Shown piece after piece: positions 50,806 through 61,766 of a stretch of DNA of 64,000 bases. Made by a program: the position numbers and the translations under genes. The stretch's first letter is position 1. Every line of letters starts with the position of its first letter. This DNA is from Antedon mediterranea (Eukaryota; Animalia; Echinodermata). Location: the NCBI RefSeq assembly GCF_964355755.1, contig NC_092675.1:3467812-3531811 (forward strand). Direction: 5' to 3'. Under the pieces are notes generated by a model. The model was not told where the DNA came from. It did not search any database and saw only the letters and a program-made list of their open reading frames with translations.

Positions 50806-53800
50806 ATGGCAGAAGATACTAAATGTGCACGGTGCATAACACAAATGGCGGTTATCGATTGTGTGAATTGTGCTGGTGGACAAGAAATAGGTTAGATAAC
50901 TTTTTATACAGTTGATTTTTTATACATTTGTTGAGCCTCGTATGTATCGCAGGAGGAGGCGAGGCCATGCTGCATGCCTTTCTCTCCTTGACACAACAAT
51001 CAACATGGATGACATTCCATACAGTGTTACTGTAATTCACCTGTTGCAGCATGTGTCATTATATTTGTGGGTAAGCCTAGGTGATATGATAAATGCTTGT
51101 TGGAGGAAGATCATAACATTTCCTCGATGTCCAGCTTAGCAATGTAGGCGCAATGTACTGATTGTGCTTGTGTAGGACCACAGTGTAGTGTGAGGGAGAG
51201 ATGTTGATTTATTACCATGATGACAGTATGTTTCTGTTCTTGTTAAATATTTGTAGGTGCCTTACCACTTTGTGAGGAATGCAACAAACTAATTCATCAG
51301 GGATTTCTTCAGAACCACAATGTCAGATCTATTGCCTTCAAGGTAAAATTCAGTCATTGACCAGTCAGTATTTTCCTAAACTTTTATTCAACAAAAAAAA
51401 AGAATGTCAGCATCACATGTTATCATCAGTATTTTGTTATTTAATTAATTAAACCACTGTATAACATTTTTATTTAAGGTTATTGATTATTCTATAATGT
51501 GTGTATTTCTGTTATTCATTCTCTGTTTATTAATTAAAAATTATTTGATATTCACAGAAGTCAATATGCAAATTATCAGATCAGCTAAAACACTTTAAGT
51601 TGTAAGTTTGATATTGCATAACATTTTTTCCTTCTTTGTTATAAAGTTAGTTGTGAGAAAGAGTATAATGCTAGTTATTTCTAATCAATTTCTGTTACAA
51701 TACTAATAAAGTACATCAAATTCAGAAAAAGTGACGACGTCATTATAATATTCCAAATGTTTGTTTTGAATGGTTCATAGATTATATTGTTTTTACTCAC
51801 ATTGTCATCATTTTCTTTCAGGGATAAGGATTACCTACAAGCAAGTCTATACGAGATGAAATTCATTAGGACAGATATTTCCGAACTGTAAGGTTTCATT
51901 TAGAGTTTCTTTTTAATGGGATACAATGTTAATACAGTACTAATACTACAGCCAACCCTTTTCAGGAGACTCCCATATTAATGGAACAGTTTGTTGGGAT
52001 CTTGAAGTCCACTTTATCAGGATTCTACTTTTCATTGGAGGTCTATTTCTTGTTTCACTTCAACTAACCTTAAGCTCTGTCAAAGCTCTATCAAAACTTT
52101 ATGTGACATAGATATGGTATTGATATGACAGCATCATGTCCATATATGGGCACATCACATTGTTTGTCACATAAATATGATAGTGTAGACAGAGCTTTAG
52201 TTTTTTAAGGCTAATTTGTGATCAATCCCCAATTGTGCTTTAAATGTAGTAGGCTAAAGGTAAATTTTCTACCTCTATTTGATTATATTTTTGACGTAAT
52301 TGATGAACATTTTTTTCTCATATGCTATTGTCAGAGAGGAATCCAAAGTTCTGCAGATTCACAAGGTCATTACAGAAGCTCATCAGTCTCTCAAGAGTTT
52401 TGAAGAGAGTCTTGCAAAGCAGGTTAAAGATGCTGCCAAAGAAAAAGTGTCAAGCTATGCAGCTTGTGAAGAAGCTATAAACAATTTAATGAAACAACAT
52501 GATCAGGTTGGTTATGACTGGCTTTTAACATCTTTTGTTTTACCATAAATATTTAATGTATTTATTTTAGATAATCATTAATGTAATCTTGTTTGTGAGT
52601 ATGTACTGTACTTAACATTCAAAATATTAAACTAAATATACAAATACTCAATGAGAAATTTCTTAATCAAAAGCCAAATGTATTGGTAATGTTTCAGGCT
52701 GGTCTAGAGCTAAATTTTTCCACACAGAAATGCCAAAAATTAAACATTTTGTGATAATTGAATGTAATGTCAACTTATGGTAAATATCTCAATTTCATCA
52801 TATCAATACATTTTAATTTTTGTTTTTTTTCATTATTTTATTTTTTTATAGATCACTGAGAATGTAACTGCAGCTCTGAAAGATGAAGGTGCCTTGACTG
52901 ACTCCATAGTCAACGAATTTAAAGAAAAGGTATTCCTATTTATTAGTCTGAAGACATAACTGCTTAAGCTTAAGAGAATATATAATGTGGCAACCTTCAA
53001 ACAACGACAAAGAAAATAAAACATATAATAATGACTATACATATACAGTTAAACCCTCCATTAGAACACCCCATTAAATGGTTACCCCTATTAAAGGTAC
53101 ACTTTCCTGGAAGAAACAACAGAGATTTTATGTTTTAACACTGCCAACCTCTATTCAGGGGACACTTTTTTGTGAAACAGAACAGACTGGGCAACATATG
53201 TTTTAACACTGCCAACCTCTATTCAGGGGACACTTTTTTGTGAAACAGAACAGACTGGGCAACATATGTTTTAACACTGCCAACCTCTATTCAGGGGACA
53301 CTTTTTTGTGAAACAGAACAGACTGGGCAACATATGTTTTAACACTGCCAACCTCTATTCAGGGGACACTTTTTTGTGAAACAGAACAGACTGGGCAACA
53401 TATGTTTTAACACTGCCAACCTCTATTCAGGGGACACTTTTTTGTGAAACAGAACAGACTGGGCAACATATGTTTTAACACTGCCAACCTCTATTCAGGG
53501 GACACTTTTTTGTGAAACAGAACAGACTGGGCAACATATGTTTTAACACTGCCAACCTCTATTCAGGGGACACTTTTTTGTGAAACAGAACAGACTGGGC
53601 AACATATGTTTTAACATTTATACGGTCAATCTCTATTTAGGGGACGCCCCTATTTAGAGGATACTTACTGGTGAAACAAACGATAGGGCAACATAAGTTT
53701 TAACAGTACGACCAAACTTTATTTAGAGGACACCACTATTAATGATAAACTTGTTGGATCCCATTTTCCAGATTTTTTTTTCTGTAGTATAATTTATATA

Positions 53801-56800
53801 ATCGTGTGTTTCTGGCTTACAGATGAGAAAGTTTGATGTTAAGCAGTTCCACCAAAAGTACATGACTACATCACTGCCTTTCACCTGTAAGTTAGCACTA
53901 CCTATAGACTTTGCTAGCAGTATCAGTCTGTTAAAAGATGATAGCAAACCTCCCATAGATGACCAACCAGCTGTTGAACAGCCTGGAGATAAGCTGTCGA
54001 TGTTTGTCGAAAGTCGCATGGATGGTCGTAGCGTTTTCTGGTGCAGCAGGGATTTCTCTCCAGAAATGACTCGGAAACTAGATGATATGGCAAGAAAAAT
54101 AAGGTATTAATCTTGCATCATCTTATTACTTATTAACCATAAGTTAACATTTTAATTTAAAAAAATGTTTATCAATTTTTCGGCTTCTAATTTAAAAAAG
54201 GTTCTGATATATCTTTTGAAGTTGGTTTTATTTTTTTGTATTTGACTATTCTTTTAAAAAATAAATTGTTGCAAACAATTTAGTTCAGTCCAATTTTCAG
54301 ATTGTCACTGTATTATTTTGAATATTATTTACAGGGAGGACCTTCTGTTGAATTCAACCAATGAAATTGTTATTCAGGAAGGGTTGTGGTGTATTGCACG
54401 CTATGAAGACAACAGATGGTATCGTGCTAAGGTGGAAAAAACAAAAATGGATAAAGTAAATTCACTTTTCATCAATTGGTTTGTTATAATCGCTACCCTT
54501 TGTACAAATGAATTTTACACACAAAATTACATAAATACCATTTTAAAGATTTATTTTCCAACATATATATTTTATAGAACACTGCAGTTGTACGCTGGTT
54601 GGACTATGCACATAACAGTGAAGTGCCATTTACAAGTATTAAAGAGTTGAAGAAAGAATTTCAGATCATTCCAATACAGGTATGTTTCACCAACATTTCG
54701 TAAATAACATAAAACACAAGTGCTTTACACATAAACAATGATAGACATCATATCATAAAGTAACCAAAAAAAATGGCATAAATTGATGACACAGAAGAAC
54801 CATGTTTACTGCTCTGTTATGTTAAACACTTTCATTAAAGCATAATTTAAGAAATAAAGAAGAAAAGTTATCTGCGACTTTAGTCAAACAAGGTTCTGTA
54901 AAAAGCTGCATTAAAGCTCCCAAGTGAAAGCTCGCAGAAGATGAGTGAAAAGGGCATCAATATATTTTATTTAATGTCTTTAGGTGCGTGTGACCAAAGA
55001 TAGTAATTTATATAGGTAGTAAATTAATCACTGTCCTATCGGATAGTTGGTAATCCCTTGATACAAGGGTCTATTTTGTGAACCAGTTCACCAGGGTAAC
55101 TCCCTACTCGTCTCGAATGATGAACTGGGTTTTTTAAAGTGCACACAGGAAAATTACAGTAGTTACATAGTCCTTATCCGAGATTACTTCCAGATTATTA
55201 TTGGCTCTCTTTAGGTACAGTAAAGGACACGCCGGCTTAACCGTTCGGCCATTTGACTCTTGTTACGACTTTAATACAAATTTTATTTAACCATGCTGTC
55301 AGTCTTTTTTCAAACTTCCTTGTAAATTGTTTATTTTATTTTATTCATTTCGGCAATAAACATAAAATAATAATTACAAAAAAAAACACAAAAAAACATA
55401 GAAATATATATATATATATATATGAAAAACAAGACACGAGGCCGAGGAAAGACAAAAGCATTAAACAAAACGCTCTCACCGGTAAGGTGTGTCTCTCCAA
55501 CACATAAATAACAAATAACATGAATATATACTAATATAGTAGACATATCATTTCATTTAAAAATTTAAAAAGTTTCTCTCCGACATTTAAAATATAGCTT
55601 TAGAGATAATTTAAAATTAATAAAAGAACCATTAACAAAAATATCGCGAATCTCATTGGGTATGGAATTCCAAGTTCTAGTGAATCTGGTCGGGATGCAA
55701 CATTTTGACATATCATTACTGGAGCGAAGATGCTTGAAAGTGAGAGTATCATGACAATTATTAACTATGAGTAAATTATAAATAATAGATCTTTGATGAT
55801 AAAGTAAAACATTGCAAACAAATAGAACAGTATAACAATCTCTAATAGCGATTGTGGATGGGATATCAAGAGTGTCTAGTCTCCCCTCATATGACTGTTC
55901 CTGACGACGTTGATGTAAGATCAACCGGGTGGCCCGTCTCTGGATTTGCTCAATCATTTGAATTTGACATATGCGATAAGGGTACCACACCTCGCAACAG
56001 TACTGTATATGAGGGAGGACTAGACACTGGTATAATTTTAAAAGAACGGGTGTAGAACAACCACCAGCAATTGCTCTAACAAGTTTCATCATTTCAACTT
56101 TAGCTGTTATCCGAATTATAATGTGCACTTCTCTTTATCAGGCTGTGAAGTGCTGTCTTTTTGACGATCTTACAGAGGACTTGCCTTACGATGTTCGCTG
56201 GAATTTCACTGGTGTAACTAAAGATAAAACATTGGATTGTACAGTTCTAAAAGTCAACCAGAATGATGGAGAAGTTCCGACTTTGCTAGTTGATCTTATT
56301 TTGAGAGAAGATCCCGGTATTGATGTAAAGGAACGGTTGAAGAATAAGAGTAAGACATTCACAATTGCACAATCATTTCTTTTTCTTCAGTTCTTGCAAA
56401 ATTTTTTTGAATAATAATGTTTTTTTATATAATAATAACATTTTTTATGTATGTTTTAGTTTTATAGATTAATTTAGTTGTGAAATGCATTTTGGTTAAA
56501 TAGTTTTATTCTTTTAACTTCATTTTTTTAAATTTATTTTTTCCTTGTTCAGAAATGCTTGTTTGTTTTGGTTGTTTTGTGGGTGTTGGTTTTTTTTTTC
56601 TTTTACATGCTTAGTGATCCAATCCATGTTGCCAACTAATTCTTATATAAAAGAAATGTTTAGGTTATTGTTTAATTTAAAAACTTAATACTGAGCAGTT
56701 GTTATATAATTATATAATACTGATTATTTCTTGTCATATTTAATGACAGTATGTTTGTCTCTTTATTTATTTATATATTTATATTTTTTTTTATAGTAAT

Positions 56801-59800
56801 TGAGGTTGATAACAAGAAAAAGGTAAGAAACTGAAATGTCCATATTATGACATATAATTGGCTGGTCTTGTTGTGAACAAGAGTGTGACTAAATAAATAA
56901 ATACAAACAAAATATAACCATATGAATGTGTGGCCAATCTGCAGTGCTATCTGGCATATGATAAACTGTCATGACCAATTTGCATATTGAAAATAAGAGA
57001 TGCTTATATCAAAGTCAGTATCTTGTGATTTCTATTAATGTCAAGTTTGGATATTTTTTTTAACATATTTCATATTTATTTTATAGGATCCAATATCATG
57101 TAGAGATTTCCGATTATTACAGCAAGAAGCAGGAGATCGCTCTAAACCGTCAACACCTGAACCTCACGATGACAATAGACTCTCAAAACAAACAACACAA
57201 GAAGGTACTGATGAACTTGCTGGAGCTGGGAAACAAAATAAAAAGAAAGTTTCTAAGGGACAAGAAGAAAAACCTAAGAAGGGATCAAGAAGATCATCTC
57301 CACAACTTTTTCAGGAAACCGAAAATAAGGACATTGAAAATCCTAAAAGAGCTAAGAAGAGCGATAAAACAAAAAAGAGCAAAAAAGAAAAGAAAGGTCT
57401 TGAAGAAAATATGCAGAAAAATGAAGGACGAAAAAGTGCTACTGATGAGATCCTCAATAAACCTGAACAACACAAAGACAGAGAGAGAGCCTCACCTCAA
57501 CCTTCTGCTTGGTCTGATAAGAGAGAGAAAGATGGAGGAAGAATCTCACCTCATCTTTCTGCTTGGCCTGATAAGAGAGAGAAAGATGGAGGAAGAACCT
57601 CACCTCATCTTTCTGCTTGGCCTGATAAGAGAGAGAAAGATAAAGAAAGAGCCTCACCTTCTTGGCCTGAAAAGAAAGAGAAAGATAAAGAGAGAGCCTC
57701 ACCTCAAATTCATGCTTGGCCTGATAAGAGAGAGAAAGAGAGAAGCTCACATCAGATGCCTGCTTGGCCCGATAAAAGAGAGAATTCTGCTGAAGACAAT
57801 GCCAACATGAATCCAAATGCAAACATTTTTGTACCAAGAAACTCCCCACCCGAAAACTCTTCTCATGAAAGGAAAACTAGAGCATTGCATGCACCCGAGA
57901 GTCACTTTCGACCAGTAAACCCACCTTCATTTGCAGATGTCTTGAAAAACAAGCAGCGACCAAACAGCGTCGCTGTTTATGCCAAATATCCTGATGGGTT
58001 TGACAGAGGAGCGAGTGATACTGGTATCTGGTTCAGCCCAAAAAAGGATGGTAACTGTGACATGCAATACTATCATCCTCAAGTACAGCAGGGGATTACT
58101 GACATTAACCATCAACTTCAGCCATGCCATCCTGATGAGCTGAAAACTGACACGCTATTAACACTCTTTGGTGATGGCTCAAAGCATCAATCTCAAAGAG
58201 AGGAAAGTGGACAAGTGGAGCCGATGGTGGTTGCAGAAAGAGAGTTCTGCAAGTTCGCTAATCCTGACTGTTTTCCTAAACAGCAAAACTTTTCAAAATC
58301 TACTCTTGAAGCATTCGATGTGGCAGATTCGCTTTGTGAATCAGGAATACTTATTGGAGAACAGGATAGCGGTGGTGTTCTCAAGAACATTGGAGGACAA
58401 CTGATGTCAAAGGTGAAGTTGCCATCAGACTTCAGAGGAGGTCATAAAAGTGATACTGCGAACGAACCTCAATTCAGGTATAACTCGATATAGGTATTTT
58501 CGTTTTTAGCCGAAATAGAATAATTGTCTAGCAGTAAATTGATCTTCTCAAATACGGTTCTGATAAATTTATTTTTTTTTTTAGTATTCTGAAGAAAACT
58601 GGAAGACAATCTCCAGTAGATATTAACACCAAAATTGGTAAGAACTTGTGATTTAAAATAAAAAAGAAAGCAGAGAAATGTATAATTTGTTTCATCTGTA
58701 TCTGTTATGCTCAGATAGACATTCACTTTTTTTTCCTATCCAGGTGGTTTTTGTTCTGCCAACCGGTCTTATTATTAGCATATGTTGTGTCCACTTGTAT
58801 TTTTTTCTTATTTGATTTTATGATTTTACTTCTTTTTTTCTATATGTCTGTTCATTTAATGTTCATGTTTATAATTATATTAATAATGTTTGTTTTCTTT
58901 TGCTGCTCCTAATATACAAATTGTGTTTTCCTTTTAGTTTTAACAATTTGTAAAGGAAAGAAATCTTTTGTTTATATTATTTCAACATTGTATTATGTTC
59001 ATCAAGCTTGTCTAGTTTTCCCTTTCATTACATCAAATAAATGTAAAATTGTATACATGTTTGTTATGATTTAGTTGCTGGAACAATTGTCGATGTAGAA
59101 GTTGTTACCGATCTAAAAGCAGATGGTACATTTTGGGCTGTTATGGTTCGCAATGAGAAACAGCAAGCAAAGTACATTGCTATGTTGAATGAATTAAGGT
59201 TAGTAATAACCCTTTTTATTCATGCTTTTTAATTACTACCATTTTTATATTCTTTTTTTCTAATCAACATGGCCAAATGTTTTTCTTTACACAGCTTGTC
59301 AAGTGATATTTTGTCACCATCTGATATTCATTGTGGTAAGCTTGTTGCTGTAAATACAGAGGAAGGTAAATGGAGTCGAGCCCGTATCATTAAAGTTAAT
59401 GAAGAATTTGTGAGTACAAATTGTGTTCAGTTATAAAGAGGGAGTGAGCGAGAGAAGGTGTGCCTCGATGATAGAATTGATGACTTGTGCATACCACCAC
59501 CACCAATAATAACAAGCTGTTTTTTTTTCTGGTTATAGATCCAAGTTAGATTGGTTGACACAGGATTAATAGCTGACGTTTCACATGATCATATCAAATT
59601 CCTTGACGGCAAATTTTCAGTTTATCCATTTCAGGTATATTTACACTTATTTTGTAAGCATAATATAACAAGCACATTAAAGTTCAGCATTAGCATTGTG
59701 TCTTGAATTGTGTCTATAATAATAATTATAATTGTAACTTTTATTGACCACCATAATAATTTAATAATTTGATTGTGTATGATCAGGAGAGATGCCATTC

Positions 59801-61736
59801 TTCTGATTATAGGGAGTTTTTATTTTCCGACAACCTAAGACTTGTACATGTGATTGTTGTTATGCCGTCCAGCTTTGTTAAATCAAAAACGTTCCAGTCA
59901 AATCCAACTGAATCTAGAATTGATGAAATTGGGTCAAACAACTCAATAATCTCAAAACCAATGTACTGTATTTGAATAGTACCTCCATATGATGTATTGA
60001 CTCCTAGCTTCAAAAATTTCCCTATTTTAGCCAATTGAATCTTCATTGCACCATATTTTATCATCTTCTTAAGGCAATGGAGTGTACACTTGCAAGAGGA
60101 AACATATTGGAGTTTAGTCATCATTCTTCTAAAATTTTTCATGAAAAAGCATTTCGAAAGAAACTTAGAGCCCAAGTGGTGAGTAAAAGACTACTACTAC
60201 TACTACTACTACTGTAGAACTGCCCTCTTAATACTGGTGTCCCCTGATTAGTGGTTACTCCTGAATAGGTGTGCTGCCTGAATAGCTCCCTGTGTACTCT
60301 TAATAGCGGGTGTCCCCTTAATAGCGGTGTCCCCGTCACCATTAAATGAAATTTCAGATTTTTATATATATTATTTTTGATTCAGGATGCTATAGATGGT
60401 GTATTTGTTCATGTCACGTTACTTTTACCGAATGAAAATGCACATGAAAACAATCTGAACGTCACAATCTGGTCCTGTGAACTTGGTAAAGTCTTTTTTT
60501 TATTGTTTAATTATACAAGCTTCACATTCAGTATCATTATTAATCTTAAAGTAACAACATTAAGATCTTTTAATTGTTATGCTGTTATCTTTGAAAGATT
60601 GTAAATTAAAAATACGTTTTAAAATGATCTACCATCTCCTGACCTGGGTCTAGATCTTTCCTATGGTGATGTCACAAACAATAGTAGATTCTGGTGATAT
60701 TAACTGCACATTATCAACCTGTATTGTTATGTATTGTTATTTACTGGCAGGGCTGTGAAATGCTCCCGTGTATGCCCATTAAAGACCACTGACCCCTCTC
60801 GATTTACCCCGAATGATGCCCCCATTACTATTTTATTGAACATTTTTCCTCACAAGAATTAAGGAGGGCTAATCAGCAGGCCCATGAAGATTCTAAAATG
60901 TCAGTTGTATCAACCAACAATAATGTACCCATGATGCACCCCATGCAAGGAGGACATGTCAGTGGACAAGTACCAGGAATCATACCTATAGGACCAAACT
61001 CTGCTATATCAATGACTGGTGGATCACCCATCAGCACAATGACTGATTTAGCAAACATTTTGCCAGTGCAGAATTCAATGGCCCTGATGATATCCGAGGC
61101 TCAGACTAGCCCAGCTATGGTCGGTACAATACCTTCTACAATGCCAATAATACATGGTCTTCAGCAGCCAATGGGATTTCCCTTGATACCATTTATAACC
61201 GCAAGTGCTCCTTTTCAAGAGGTGCAACCAACATTGGAAGAAGAAGTTGAACAAGGTACTTACTTGGACATGGATTTTTGCTCATTTAGTCCTTAATTAG
61301 TATCAGGCGTTGTCTTTTAAGTGCGAACACTCCTAAACTGCCCTTGAGGAGTGCGATTTACAACACGCTTAAATTTGGTAAACTTCTACACACCAAAATA
61401 CAAACAGCACACCTACAGCATCCCTGAATGTATTGAGGAGTGCAATTTGTAGCACACCTATACTATTCGAAAGACAAGGCCTGTTGTATCTGCATTTTGT
61501 AGCAATATAGCAATTTGTTTGATTTTTGTGGGGTTTTTTTGCAATCAATTTATTTGGATTGCACGGCTTTCATTCGACTTGACCTCGTTTAGAAACTATT
61601 TTTTAGAGCAAGACTGGCCCTTGGTCAACAACCAGCTCGATGATAAACAAGCTGAAGAGAAAGTTTCCAATAATGTTGCACACCCTGCACTTGTCGATAA
61701 AATAAAGGAACGCAAGATTAGACCCAAGAACTTTGG
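50806..61736 (+). CDS. B-box / coiled-coil / multi-Tudor domain protein (TDRD, RNF17/Qin-like architecture without a visible RING); 3' end lies beyond the window
   Basis: In-frame exons approx. 50806-50890, 51257-51342, 51558-51601, 51822-51887, 52334-52506, 52852-52929, 53823-54102, 54335-54455, 54578-54679, 56142-56349, 56797-56822, 57087-58477, 58585-58637, 59075-59198, 59294-59409, 59539-59634, 60074-60178, 60386-60485, 60857-61255, 61607-61736. B-box CARC..CVNC..LCEECNKLIH..NH; Tudor 1 WCIARYEDNRWYRAKV..WLDY..IPIQAVKC; Tudor 2 GKWSRARI..RLVDTG..YPFQAMEC. Confidence 0.85.
53130..53617 (+). repeat. 68-bp tandem repeat, about 7 copies, intronic
   Basis: Unit atgttttaacactgccaacctctattcaggggacacttttttgtgaaacagaacagactgggcaacat, with degenerate copies on both sides. 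Confidence 0.95.
55565..56115 (-). mobile_element. 3' fragment of a LINE (CR1/Jockey-like) ORF2 in a Tudor-gene intron
   Basis: LYQCLVLPHIQYCCEVWYP...IEQIQRRATRLI...SYEGRL...RTWNSIP..FKLSLK. Confidence 0.88.
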
Positions 61737-61766
61737 GTAAGGATTAAACTTTTTCCTCTTGTTTTT

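Noticed and set aside
57169-57810. 213-aa Lys/Arg-rich ORF, plus the antisense ORF 57454-57849
   Set aside because: These are alternative-frame shadows of the purine-rich repetitive Tudor-gene exon. The splice phases support the 57087/57411 frame.
59769-60175. ORFs 59769-59975 (+) and 59807-60175 (-)
   Set aside because: The Tudor frame is satisfied by exon 60074-60178 (YPFQ|AMEC). I recognise no domain in the remainder, which may be a decayed insertion.
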